NCBI RefSeq assembly: GCF_006345805.1
Contig: NC_043001.1
Span: 109,864,001 to 109,928,000 of the forward strand
Direction: 5' to 3'
DNA from: Octopus sinensis
Taxonomy: Eukaryota
DNA length: 64,000 nt
A program made the translations under genes and the position numbers. This document shows, piece after piece, positions 12,950 through 26,050 of this stretch. The stretch's first letter is position 1. Each line of letters opens with the position of its first letter. The notes under the pieces were generated by a model. That model had not been told where the DNA came from. It did no database searches and saw only the letters and a program-made list of their open reading frames with translations.

Positions 12950-13688
12950 TCTTTTCTACTTCAGGCACAAGGCCCAAACCGATTATATCGACCCTAGTAC
13001 GCAACTGATTCTTAATTAATCGACCCCGAAAGTATGAAAGGAAAAGTCGACCTCGGCGGAATTTGAACTCAGAACGTAAAGACAGATGAAATACCTATTT
13101 CTTTACTACCCACAAGGGGCTAAACACAGAGGGGACAAACAAGGATAGACAAAATGATTAAATTGATTACATCGACCCCAGTGCGTAACTGGCACTTAAT
13201 TTATCGACTCCGAAAGGATAAAAGACAAAGTCGACCGCGGCGGAATTTGAACTCAGAACGTAAAGACAGATGAAATGCCTATTTCTTTACTACCCACAAG
13301 GGGCTAAATACAGAGGGGACAATCAAGGACAGACAAAATAATTAAATCGATTACATCGACCCCAGTACGTAACTGGTACTTAATTTATCGACCCCGAAAG
13401 GATAAAAGACAAAGTCGACCGCGGCGGAATTTGAACTCAGAACGTAGCGGCAGACGAAATATCTATTTTTTTACTATCTACAAGGGGCTAAACACAGAGG
13501 GGACAAACAAGGACAGACAAACGGATTAAGTCCATTACATCGACCCCAGTGCGTAATTGGTACTTATTTAATCAACCTCGATGAAAGGCAAAGTCGACCT
13601 CGGCGGAATTTGAACTCAGAACGTAGCGGCAGACTAAACATCGCTAAGAATTTCGCCCGGCGTGCTAACGTTTCTGCCAGCTTGCCGC
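12950..13688 (-). mobile_element. SINE family B concatemer, 4 tandem units (~180-184 bp period)
   Basis: GTCGACC.CGGCGGAATTTGAACTCAGAACGTA at 13046, 13230, 13414 and 13593, with a single head at the right end. Confidence 0.9.
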
Positions 13689-14375
13689 ACAGACAGAAAA
13701 TTATGTGCACAAGTTCGCATTTCTATCCCCTATTGTCTCCTCCTTTGTCCATCATAATCCGGCCACTTCAATTTTTAGCGATACTGAATCAGGTATGCAG
13801 GGTTATAATCCAAACTGTATCCTCTTGAAGCACATCTGATTATCCCAGTACTCCATACTTGTATGTAAATGTTAGATTAGTGTCAGGTATGCATAAGAGT
13901 TGAAAAATACCGAGGAATATTGTTTTGCTGAGTATTCACATATTAGAACAAGAAACTAGTTAAAGATTTTTCTTCGTATTATGTATTCACTATTACACGT
14001 GTTTCATTCGCTACGAGATGTTACAAAATCGTGCAAATACGAAAAGAAGCCTGTAAGATATCTCCTACTAGTAATCATACAGGCATATATATATATATTA
14101 TATATATATATATATATATATTCATACATTCATATATACATACATACATGCACACTCACACACAACACATGATAATTCTGCTGCTTTTTAATAAAGTACA
14201 TTGCTATACCTCTGGACATCGAGTACAATTTGTTCCCACCTTGTCTCGCATTTATGTGCTTACTCTGGTACTCTGGTATATATATATATATATATATATA
14301 CATAAATAAAGAAGTAAATTAATTAATTAATTAATTAATTAAGAAATAAAATAATATATAAATATAAAAATATAC

Positions 14376-14434
<59 letters not shown>

Positions 14435-14759
14435 TTGTATATATATATAAAATTTATAAGTTTAAATTACTCAAATAATTTTTTATTTTTAACTTTTAGA
14501 TTTTTAAATTAATTTTATGTATTGGCTTATGTTTTTCACTGTTTGATTTGCCTAATAGTGGTTTTATCTCTAATTTAATATAATATATATATATATATAT
14601 ATATATCATACCCCATTGTTTTATTGATGAAATAATTTCATCCATCGGATCATCAAGATTTCAGCTACATGGACATTCTACATTATATTTCCTGTAGTCG
14701 ATTACTATGTTGATTGTTAGTCCAATCCATAAGAGGAGCTCTTAAGAGTTTTGTGATAC

Positions 14760-14792
<33 letters not shown>

Positions 14793-16619
14793 TATACATT
14801 GGGTATCTAGGTAGTAGATCTGCACACTTAATGTGTGAATATGCCCTTTCTTATGTGTGAGTGTATTCATGTTTATATACCTTCCTTCAATGAGAAGAAC
14901 GATGACAAATATCTACTAGAAAGGAAATCGGAATAGAAAGTATCTACAATATAAAGATAGAAAAAGATTGCGTATACCTGTGTAGATGTAAGCATATATA
15001 TATATATATATGCATACTTAAAAATCAATGTATGTATACACACGCATAGACATTTTTTTAATACGCTTTTCATCTGTCGAAGTATATCGAAGCAGGTACC
15101 ACCATATACGGAAATCTTCGAACCCACCAACAAAGGCAGTATTAGCTTCACGCCAACGCGTATATTGCTAATCTTGAGAACTACAGTTGCAAATATAATG
15201 GCAGCAGGAAACTGCAATCTCCATGCCAGCAGCTTCAGGAATTTTGAGTATTTCATTAATAGTTAGTAGAACATATCAAGACATATTTATCATATTTCTC
15301 GCATGTTGCCCAACTTTTGAATATCTTTCTCACAGAAAAAAAAATGCTTGTAATTATTCAAAGCTAAATATAAAATTAACTCCGATTGAAAATCACTACT
15401 AATTAGCATCGGGATTTGTTTTCAAAAGATTGTAATTGAGGAGATATGACAAAGCATAATATAATATTTGTGTCTGACCTGAGGATCAAGGATGGTAAAT
15501 ATTATAAAGGGTAATGTTGAATACATAATTGATCGATGCCAAGTAGTAAGTTGTCCATTGTATAGTACATCAATGCCGACAGGGGTTGACTTCAGACCTT
15601 GAAAAGCAGTAAATTATTGCTGCTAGACATTTCGTATTGCGTTCCACCCATTATGCCAATAGGCCGTTTAAGACCAATATTGAAATCATTACATTTAAGC
15701 ATCACGACCACAATATTAACAAACATGCTACACCACAATCATAATATTATACACGCTACGAAAACTGAAATGACACATTATATCCGTTTAATTATTTCCC
15801 TTTATTTTCTGTTATGTTACCAATTAAGTATACCAAAATATCATCGAAAATATTTCCTCCTGTTAAATACCATTGTACAATAATGAACTGAGTATCAAAG
15901 GTATTAATTTAAAAACTGCATGTTTCTGCCCTATGTCTTTAAGAATCGCTAACAGTAGACGCAACCTTTGTTTCTTTTCTCCCAACAAAAAGTAAATTAA
16001 AATTCATTTAGAAAATATTTAATATCATTAAAAAGACGAGTTGAAAATAATCAATCCTACACGCTAAAGAAATGATCAAGGTGAGTTTTAATTCTATTAA
16101 CTTTTTGTAGCGCTAATTCTATCCTTATATTTGCTGATTAACATCAGGATTGATTGAAAAATGCTTTGAAAAAACTAATACACCATATAAAACCAATAAC
16201 GGTGATTTAAACCATTTACAAATGGCACTCAGCTGGCAAAAAAAGGAGTAGCACCTGTATTTGAAAGGGTCAGCCTTATCACATTAGCGTGCGATCTCTG
16301 TTAAGTACATTATATTAAGTACATTATATTAAATTGAAAGTTAAGAAATAGAATACCTTCTTAATTTGAAACACAAGAATACCAAATGTTGCGATTCTGG
16401 TCTTCATACAAATAATGAATTATAATGTAGTAAATTGTTCAGAATTCGGTTAGAATTGTGCATGAGGAATTGAGTGATTTATTACAAGAAAACGAATAAA
16501 TCAAAGGCAGAATTTTATTATTTGACAATTAAAACACCCATTGCTAAAACCCGATCACATTTCTCAAAAATGGACAACTATTTGGAAAATCAAGTCTAAC
16601 CAGAGACCTTAAGATTAGC

Positions 16620-16900
16620 TCTTTTATGCCGTGCTCTTTTATGCCTGTATTAAAACTAAGACGCTGGGAAGACAACTATATGGAAGATACACATGTCGGT
16701 AGAGAGAACAACTTAACATAAAATACAAAAATGTAGTAATTCACATGCAGATATGAGAAACAACATACAGAAAGCGAAGGAGTCGTCCTGCCCTACCATG
16801 ACTTCTATCGACCAAATGGCTGAAGACTCTCGTGTATTAAATATCGAACTATCAAGAGTAATGCAGAAGGAGTTCTAGGCACAAATGGTTGATGGAGTTT
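16620..16900 (+). pseudogene. Possible highly decayed RTE-clade LINE fragment
   Basis: Broken reading resembling LYAC...NIKYK...RNNIQKA, similar to the C-terminal part of RTE RTs; many disruptions. Confidence 0.3.
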
Positions 16901-17195
16901 CTCGCCACACGACGGTTATAATTTTGGTCATTAGATGAAAATATATTTGTCGAAATGCGTATTTTTAGACAAATACTTTTGTAAAAGAAAAATTCTAATG
17001 AAAACGTATTGGTCGAAACAAAAATTAGAATATTCGATGAAATCTTAATAATCTGTTCATAAATCTCCCAAAACAATTCCACATAATTACACAAATGATA
17101 ATATTTAACAGTTCTGATCTAAAGAAATTATTATCTACATGTAATAGTAAATATTGCTATTATCCATGGTTGAAGGTTGGGTTATAATTGACACC

Positions 17196-17281
17196 GGGCA
17201 TATGGTGTAGTGGTTAAGAGCGCGAGCTACTAACTCCAAGATTCCGAGTTCGATTCCAGGCAGTGACCTGAATAATAATAA
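17196..17281 (+). mobile_element. Short tRNA-derived (Ser-like) SINE or tRNA pseudogene with (AAT)n tail
   Basis: A box TGGTGTAGTGG, loop CTACTAA, B box GAGTTCGATTCC, tail AATAATAATAA; no intact acceptor stem. Confidence 0.65.
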
Positions 17282-17679
17282 GGTTAATTTAGTTTCGTGT
17301 ATATGTGGGCAAGAATTGTATTCATGAGTGCATTCATTTGTTTGTACTGAGATATAACAATTATGTACGATATTTATTACATCACATAGGAAATTGGCGG
17401 TTCCAAAAGCTATTCTAGGAACAACAAAACAAGCGTAAAATAGCAAAAAAGCACATACAGGGGTATTTGAACTTAAGACGGGCTGTGATTTGGTGCAATG
17501 GAGAGAGACGACGAATCACAGCTTTCTATTTTGTAATCTGGCCTGTGTAACAGTAACAACCTTTATTTTTTTAAATCTAAAGTGTTATTGCTTAACAGTT
17601 GTCCTTGTTATTAACAAAGTACTGTAGTGGGTGGGTTGTTAACAGTACAGGGAGGGTTTTAAAAGTCCAAATACTCAAA

Positions 17680-17773
17680 TAAGTACTGTAAATATGGCGT
17701 CCCTACTTCGCGGAAATTCAGTTATCGCGGCCGGTCTCGGAACAAATCTACCGCGATAAACGAGGGATCACTG
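17680..17773 (-). mobile_element. Tigger/pogo-like DNA transposon end
   Basis: The minus strand reads TA-CAGTGATCCCTCGTTTATCGCGGT, a Tigger/pogo-type TIR next to TA; no partner TIR found. Confidence 0.55.
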
Positions 17774-17855
17774 TACACAATCATATTGAAGCCTAGTGTA
17801 GATACTTCCATTCCGTTACAATGTCATATCTAAATTACAGTAATGGACGTTATGT

Positions 17856-18241
17856 GGAGGCGCAATGGCCCAGTGGTTAGGGCAGCGGACTCGCGGTCGT
17901 AGGATCGCGGTTTCGATTCCCAGACCGGGCGTTGTGAGTGTTTATTGAGCGAAAACACCTAAAAGTTCCACGAGGCTCCGGCAGGGGATGGTGGTGATCC
18001 CTGCTGTACTCTTTCACCACAACTTTCTCTCACTCTTACTTCCTGTTTCTGTTGTACCTATATTTCAAAAGGGCCGGCCTTGTCACTCCCTGTGTCACGC
18101 TGAATATCCCCGAGAGCTACGTTAAGGGTACACGTATCTGTGGAGTGCTCAGCCACTTACACGTTAATTTCACGAGCAGGCTGTTCCGTTGATTCGGATC
18201 AAACGGAACCCTCGTCGTCGTAACCGACGGAGTGCTTCCAA
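17856..18241 (+). mobile_element. Full-length tRNA-derived SINE, head 1 + tail B, with TSD
   Basis: A box TGGCCCAGTGG, B box GGTTTCGATTCCC; 14-bp TSD AATGGACGTTATGT at 17842-17855 and 18242-18255. Confidence 0.95.
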
Positions 18242-18245
18242 AATG

Positions 18246-18312
18246 GACGTTATGTTTGACGATATGTTTGACGTTATGTTTGACGTTAAGCTGGACGTTA
18301 TGCTTGACGATC
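18246..18312. repeat. 12-bp minisatellite GACGTTATGTTT, about 5.5 copies
   Basis: Direct reading. Confidence 0.85.
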
Positions 18313-18809
18313 AGTATTATACTGAAGCCCGGATAAGTCTTCTAGACAGTGTCTGTAGCAAAGAATGTTTAAATATGTTACTTCAACAATAAAATTTTGA
18401 ACCGTCTCTAATATATTGCTTATAAAATTTAATACAATCGCCTCAACTTTCTGAATGATTATTTTCTTAAAATTACATGCAATTTGTCATAAGCAAATGT
18501 CATGTTATAATTTATTAAAAATATGTGGTGACAGTTATATGCATGAAGAGGGTGATATCTGGTGAATTCTGTGTCGCCGGAGAATAAATTCTCCGTTAGT
18601 TTCCTTTTTGATTATGATTGTTCGACAGATATCTCTCTTTTAGATGCTTTTTACGACAATTTTACTTTCGCTGAAAATGTTTTCCACCTATACCTATCTC
18701 GACGTAAACAGTTATTACCAATGTGCACATAACATCCAACTGCTTCTATCGAAACAAGAGACGTCGCTACCTTAATATCTTCTTCTACATTAATAATATC
18801 TTTATAAGT

Positions 18810-18971
18810 GTAGGAGTGGCTGTGTGATAAGTAGCTTGCTTGCCAACCACATGGTTCCGGGTTCAGTCCCACTGCGTGTCACCTTGGACAAGTATCTTCT
18901 ACTATAGCTTCGGGCTGTCCAAAGCCTTGAGAGTGGATTTGGTAGACGGAAACTGAAAGAAGCACGTCGTA

Positions 18972-19016
<45 letters not shown>

Positions 19017-19017
19017 G

Positions 19018-19055
<38 letters not shown>

Positions 19056-19285
19056 CATGTGAGTGTGTGTGTGTGTGTGTGTGTGCATGTGAGTGTGTGT
19101 GTGTGTGTGTGTGTGTATGTTTGTGTGTATTTGTTTGACCCCCAAAATCACTTGACAACAGAGACCGATAGAATAAGTACTTGGCTTACAAAGAGTAAGT
19201 CCTGGGTTCGATTTGCTCGACTAAAGGCGGTGCTCCAGCATGGCCACAGTCAAAATGAATGAAACAAATATAAGAGTAAAAGAGT
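18810..19285 (+). mobile_element. SINE family A with long internal (TA)n(TG)n
   Basis: Starts TAGGAGTGGCTGTGTG..AAGTAGCTTGC; ends GCATGGCCACAGTCAAA...AAGAGTAAAAGAGTA. Confidence 0.9.
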
Positions 19286-19589
19286 ATATCTTTGTTGGAT
19301 CACAACTAGATATACTTATTTATAGTGTAGCTCATAATATTATCTATATAATAGTTTTCTGCGGCAATAAATTAAAATTTTATTACTTTTCAGATATCTC
19401 TTTATTGTGCTTTATTCAGCATTCCTTGGATAATCTCATTGGCTTTACTTTCAGGTAATCGAGTTTCTTTTGATCGCCTTTCATAGGTTATTGTTGTTAT
19501 ATAGTCAAGTCAAAATTTTTGTGTTCTGCCAAACATAGTTGACTACGACACATTTTAATACTGCACATGTTGATACTTAATTTTTTCTC

Positions 19590-20473
19590 CTCTAGGTACA
19601 AGGTCCGAACTTTTGGGGAAGGGTGGTACTCTATTAGATTGACCACAGTACGCAACTGATACTTAATTTATCGATCCCGAAAGGATGAAAGGGATAGTCG
19701 ACCACAGCGGAATTTGAACTCGGAACGTAAAGACAGACGAAATACCGCTATGCATTTCGCCCGACGTGCTAACGTTTGTTATTTCTTTGTTGCCCACAAC
19801 GGGCTAAACATAGAGGGGACAAACAAGGACAGAAAAACAGATTAAGTCGATTAGATCGACCCCAGTGCGTAACTGGTGCTTAATTTATCGAACCCGAAAG
19901 GATAAAAGGCAAAGTCGACCTCAGCGGAATTTGAACTCAGAACGTAAAGACAGAAGAAATACCTATTTCTTTACTACCCACAAGGTTAGACGAAATACCG
20001 CTAGGCACTTCGCAGACGAAATACCGCTAAGCATTTCGCCCGGCGTGCTAACGTTTCTTTTTTCTTTATTGTCCACAAGGGTCTAAACATAGAGGGGACA
20101 AACAAGGATAGACAAAGGGATTAAGTCGATTATATCGACCCCAGTGCGTAACTGATACTTAATTTATCGACTCCGAAAGGATAAAAGGCAAAGTCGAGCT
20201 CAGCAGAATTTGAATTCAGAACGTAGCGGCAGACGAAATACCTATTTCTTTACTACCCACAAGGGGCTAAACTCAGAGGGGACAAAGAAGGACAGACGCA
20301 CGGATTAAGTCGAATACATCGATCCCAGTGCGTAACTGGTACTTATTTAATCAACCCCGAAAGGATGAAAGGCAAAGTCGAACTCAGCGGAATTTGAACT
20401 CAGAACGTAGCGGCAGACGAAATACTGCTAAGCATTTCGCCCGGCGTGCTAACGTTTCTACCGAGTCGCTGCC
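19590..20473 (-). mobile_element. SINE family B concatemer, 4 units
   Basis: Core motif at 19697, 19914, 20193 and 20377; all four carry CAG where other copies have CGG. Confidence 0.9.
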
Positions 20474-21354
20474 TTATCTTAATACTTAATATGCAAATTT
20501 TAGGAAACATGCCCTAAAAATATGCTTGATAGGTTATGTTTATTACAATATCAGAGCATCAAGTTTCTAAGTTGACTCTAATGTAATGACATGGTTCCAG
20601 CGTCCTTCAAATGATTAGATGGAATGGCGGTGCTATCAATCATTCGCACGATTCATGATTGCACCATACTATTGGTGGAGGTCATCCAAGTGCAGTGTTT
20701 GACATTACCGTTGATTTTATTGTGTCTTCGTGTCCGTTCATTTGCCAATGTGTATTGCAAAGCTACATAAAGTTTTGAAATAACGGCCAGAACGCGGATA
20801 TTTTATCTGCATTTGTGTACAGCTTGAATAGACTAGGACTTCGATGTTTCACTCCTGCCATATATTTTCTACTAGCTTAAAAACCACCGGATAGAGCGGC
20901 TTTTAAGCTAGCTCTTGTGGACGGCTATTCATTGGGCCTTGGGCCCAACAGTAACATTTCATGCGTTCAGTACATGTTAAATTTTGTTAAACTTGAACAA
21001 TATTTTTCAAGCAATGAACAATTTTCATCAAAACAATGATATAATTTTTCGACTTGAACTTATTGCAAAGCTGCATGATATTAAAATTTTTTTCGTCTTC
21101 CTATTCGGAGGTCAGTACAATTTTTTTTCTGTCTAACCTCTTTCTTTCTCTTTCTCTCTCTCTCTCTCTCTCTGTTGATTACTTTCAACCATCACCATCA
21201 CCAGTACCTCACCATCGCCACGACAACTGCCATACAACACCATTCAGACTTCTGACTCCACCATCATCAATACCTTTGACTTACCCTTCCCTTCCACCAT
21301 CATCACCACTGTCTTCCACATCGCTTACTATCACCATCATCTCTAACCGCCTCA

Positions 21355-21378
21355 GCTACCAGCACTAGCACCAGCACC

Positions 21379-21412
<34 letters not shown>

Positions 21413-21465
21413 CCACCACCACCACCACCACCATCACCACCATCATCATCATCATCATCACCGTC
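21355..21465. repeat. (CAG)n(CAC)n(CAT)n compound trinucleotide repeat
   Basis: Direct reading. Confidence 0.9.
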
Positions 21466-21889
21466 ACCTACACCTCTATCACAACTACAGCTCATACTGT
21501 TGCTATCACCCCATTACCACCAAAACCGTCAATCTACTACCACCCTGAACAACTCTATGCCTACGATTACTCTCACCCCAGCATAAGGAATAGCATAAGA
21601 GTCATTGAATAGGGAATGAGGAAGTCAAATTGTGACATATATAAATATATTTTCCATTTTTTCCACGTCATCATGTACACTTTCCGAGTAGTCTTCGGTG
21701 ACACAATAGTTTCACCATCATGCCACCCTGTTTCTTCTTCTGACATTATTTTTGGTCAATGTGGATAGTGAGTCCATCTGAACTATTTTTCTTGTCCATG
21801 ATGTGATATTAAACCTCGATTTGCAACGTCTTCTCAAGACATCAACTTTTCTAAGCGTAACCAATCTTCAAAGTATAATCAGCCCCTTG

Positions 21890-22150
21890 GTGGAGGCTCG
21901 TGGCGTAGTGGTTAGGGTGTCAGAATCATGATCGTAAGATTGTGGTTTCGATTCCTGGACCGGGTGACGCGTTGTGTTCTTGAGCAAACACTTCATTTCA
22001 CGTTGCTCCAGTCCACTCAGCAGGCAAAAATGAGTAACACTGCGATGGACTGGCGTCCCGTCCAGCTGGGGAACACATACGCCATAGAAACCGGGAAACC
22101 GAGCCCATGAGTCTGGCTAGGCTTTAAAAGGGCGCATTTATTTGTTATTT
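21890..22150 (+). mobile_element. tRNA-derived SINE, head 2 + tail A, with TSD
   Basis: Head with TGGCGTAGTGG / GGTTTCGATTCC and the block CACGTTGCTCCAGTCCACTCAGC; tail as at 231-520. 14-bp TSD TAATCAGCCCCTTG at 21876-21889 and 22151-22164. Confidence 0.92.
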
Positions 22151-23379
22151 TAATCAGCCCCTTGAATTACAGCATTTAGTTATAACATTTTGACTTCCTT
22201 TAACCCATCACAATAAGCCATTATGATGTAACCAGATCTACAGAGGAAACACTTTTCTATATGTTTGTTTTTGACTGCTCTATGCATAGAACTGTTTTAT
22301 GCAGAAAAAGAATAATACTTTATATAATTATATAGAAGGTATCGACGCATACATCATTACGCATAGTTGCATAGATGTCATTTTGATAAGCTCTGTGTTT
22401 ATATTTTATATTTTCTGGTGACAATATTTCTATTTAAGATAGCTGATAATTTTCATATTTTACAGCTGGCTAAGTTTAAATGACATTATGTGTGTATTTT
22501 CACAAATAAATTGCTTAGCTGTCAGCTAGAGATGACATATCTTTAATCACATTACATTCTTATACTTTCGAAATGACATATCAAGATTCTTCAAATTTTC
22601 GCTCTTTCTCTTTTTATATGTTCAATATTATATTAGGTTTTTCTAATAATCGACATAGAAATCCACTTTCTTTGCACAATCACGAATACATACACTCTGT
22701 TAATATAGCTAATTGGTGAGATTAACTTAACAACTAACTGAAATTTCTAACACAAGCCAATTAAACATAAACACACTTCTCAGAATCGCAACATCAGTCA
22801 TTAAATTTTTAAGAATTTAATTTTGTGTCCCTCATCGAATGCATATTTCAATGTACTTAATTAGTGGTGTCTTCACTAGTAAATTGAGAAGAAGTCAAAA
22901 AGACACAAAGAGGACATTTTCTCTCCTCTGTTGGCGTGGTAACTTTAAATAAGATGAGAATATTTCCAAGTACGCAAGTTGCAAATTTTAATATTCAAAT
23001 TCATGAAACTCTTCGGTTCTTATTGTTCTCCATAGCCCCTTCAAGCGAATGAACTGCTCTTATCTCATCTCCTCTAATTTGGCGAATTCCTCTTTAAAGA
23101 AGCATGAACTAAAATCTTTTCATATATTAAACTTTTCAGATTTGAAGTCGGAGGTGAGAGGGACAAAATATGCCGATGTGACAAAACTGACTCCAAAGTT
23201 CATCAGAAGTTGCCACACGGTTTTCCAAAATATACAGTCACTTAATTTAGATCTAAAATTATTCTTAATTTCTCGACATTATATCATCTTCACACGTCCT
23301 TCTCTTTTAGATAAAGGGTTTTAATAGATTAAGAATACGCTTTTGAATATAATACAAGTTCACATTTTATTCACACTCA

Positions 23380-24235
23380 CACACACTTCTGTCTTTTAAA
23401 TAATCATGCAACCACTCTCCTAGTTTTCCAGTGATAGCAAGGCGTTGTAGTTTGTGACATATCGTCCCATGATCAACGTTGTCAAAAGTCTTGGCATAGT
23501 CGAGATATATCTGATCGGCATTTGAGTGGTTGAGTGGCTGAGCTGCTGTTTCAGTACGCGGTCATAATGTTGTAGTAGCTGTGTGACAGATCCTCCCCGG
23601 GTGGAAACAATATGTGACTGTGAGCAAGTTATTCTCTTCCAGGAAATTGATAATACTCTCCGTGATCTTGCTAACATATGAAATTAGAGAGATAGACCTG
23701 TAAATGTTAGTATCTGCTCTGTTTCGTCTTTTACTGACAGAATATGCGATACCTTCCTATAACAGTCTGGGAAGTTTACCACATGCAAAGAAACCCCGAA
23801 ATTATCTGCAGTGGTTTTGCAAGAACTTGCTAGCATGTTTGTAGGAGAACAACTGGAAATCAATCTGGGTCTGTTTTCTGAGTTTGAGTTCATCTCATCA
23901 ATGGCCGATATTACAACTTCCTCTTTTATGTCGATGTAATCGATGGTTGTCTCTTTCCAATGTAGATTTGCACTGTTAAGTTCTTTAGGCTCGCTTATTG
24001 GCATGTTTCCCAGAGGAAAAGTGAAGACACTCTGGAATTATTTGCTTTAGCACTTCTCTTATCCTTTTGGGATGTGTAGTTAGGGAGCTGTCTTCTTGAA
24101 ATAGTGTAGAGCACCGAAATAGATTCTTTTGCAAAATTGTAGATTTTTCTATTCATCTTTATACTTTTCGCCAGCCTGGTTTCATTTCTACCTTTCCTTT
24201 TCCTGGGAGAGTTTGGATTTATTTTCGATTTCAAG
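23380..24235 (-). pseudogene. CR1/L2-type LINE reverse-transcriptase fragment, decayed
   Basis: Minus-strand translation gives GSVTQLLQHYD and ADQIYLDYAKTFDNVDHGTICHKLQRLAITGKLGEWLHDYLKDR (YLDFxKAFD motif); upstream are IKMNRKIYNFAKES and IDYIDIKEEVVISAIDEM. Frameshifts and stops are present. Confidence 0.88.
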
Positions 24236-24239
24236 ATGC

Positions 24240-25747
24240 GTAACTTTGAGTAAAAAAATTCTGCCTGGAATTGAATTCGGAATCATGATCTATTTCAGCA
24301 ATACCTGGCTGATGTGTATGCTAGAGTTGAGAGTGAACGTCTCCTCTATATTCGTAACGAACAAAAAAATTAAAGGATAAAAATTACGTTCATCTCCAAG
24401 ATGCTCTGAGGACGGATGGTGATATTCAAACCATAGAGCAATCCTCTCATCATCATTTACAGGTGGTCCTTGATATATGCAAGAGCGAACACAAGATGCT
24501 ATGACATGTTAGGACATATGAAAAACCAGATCTTCTTGTCACTTTCGCTTGCAATCCTAAATGGGAAGAAATATAATCTAACATTCTTTCAATGTTGCAT
24601 CTTTTGATATTGTAGCTAACCTCCTTAGTGGGGGATGAACTGCTCATTTCATGTTCAAGATCTCTGTAAACCTTACAATGAAAGATTTTCAAATGTGCAA
24701 CATTTCCAAAAGCACTGCAATGACAACAGTTCTCCAAGAAACTTGCCTCATTGCTTAGGATGAGTACACTATGTTACATCGTGGAACCCTAGATGTACTT
24801 GAGAGTACCCTCCAAGACATAAAAAATAATAGCACGCTCATGGCAAGAGTAAAAGTCCATCTTGAGATTTTCATAAAATCTTTGCCAATTATCCCCCACG
24901 GGATCAAAAGCTGATGAGGTCAATATATGCTTACAAAATCGTATCTTTGGAGATATATGAAAATACTTCATCTTACAAGTAACAAGGTGATCATACGAGC
25001 TTCTTAAGATTAGTAATGAGATATTATCCTTCAAATCAAAACTTTAGCTACTTGAAATTACACGCGAACAAATGATACTTTCTCTCAGGGATATTATGGA
25101 GAAAATATTGCCTAATTTATCTGACAATTACACTGATGTAAACTGACTATATGAAAGAGTTATACAGGCTCCAACTAATGAAATGTTGGTAAACACAATC
25201 AAAAATTAACAGATACCTCAGAAATGATTTTTCGATCAATTGACTACAGGCGATCAAAAACAGGTTGTTCAATACCCTGTTGAATTTCTAAACACACTTA
25301 ACCCCGCTGGAATGCCACCGCATAGGTTGACACTAAAACTGGGTGTTCCCATTATGTTGCTTTGGAATCTTGCCACATTTCACCTATGTAACAGAATTCG
25401 TTTAATTATTACTTCCATGAAGCCCTATGTCAAGCAGGCAACAATCATAACAGGTTGTCATCAAGGAGGGAGAAAATGTCTCACGGCCAACTCTTATGTT
25501 GCTTGCTCGCAACTTGGAAGCAGCACCAATTTATTCATTTCGACATCAACAAAAAAATTACACGATGAATATTGTTTCCTCTGACGTGCTTCAGCATTGA
25601 CAGATTTTCAGTTCAAAATATTGTTATCTTTAAAATTTGGATATTTTTCAATAAAATGTAGATATTTTGAAATAATAATGAGAATATATATTTATTGAAT
25701 AAGAAAAGCAGTTAGTAACCTGGGCAACGCTGAGTCATTCAGATTGT
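24240..25747 (+). mobile_element. Internally deleted, decayed Helitron (Rep + PIF1 helicase remnants)
   Basis: Rep: LFQQYLADVYARVESERLLYIR, SFTGGP*YMQERTQDAM and KPDLLVTFACNPKWEEI. Helicase: LLSGG*TAH, DEYTMLHRG, YPVEFLNTLNPAGMPPHRLTLKLGVPIMLL and HGQLYVACS-like. Decayed 3' end CCTGGGCAACGCTGAG...ATTGT near 25719-25747. Confidence 0.92.
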
Positions 25748-25794
25748 ATATATATATACATACATATATATGTATATACATATATATACACGCA

Positions 25795-25830
<36 letters not shown>

Positions 25831-25903
25831 CATATAATAGATATATATATATATAAGGAGAGATGCATGCATACATACATACAGATGCACACACACACAT
25901 ATA

Positions 25904-25970
<67 letters not shown>

Positions 25971-26050
25971 ACATAGATACATAGATACATACATACACAC
26001 ATACATGTATACATACATACATACATACATACATACTATACATACATATA
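25745..26050. repeat. (TA)n/(GA)n/(TACA)n compound microsatellite
   Basis: Direct reading. Confidence 0.9.

Noticed and set aside
12950-13688. CRISPR-like regular repeats
   Set aside because: The units are ~180-bp SINE segments with no unique spacers, in eukaryotic DNA with no cas genes.
20872-20911. Hairpin CTAGCTTAAAA...TTTTAAGCTAG as a Helitron end
   Set aside because: 11-bp AT-rich arms, CTAG lies inside the stem rather than downstream, and there is no associated element.
21600-21875. Coding-looking minus-strand stretch (EEETGWHDGETIVSPK...)
   Set aside because: Stops occur in all frames and I recognise no family motif.
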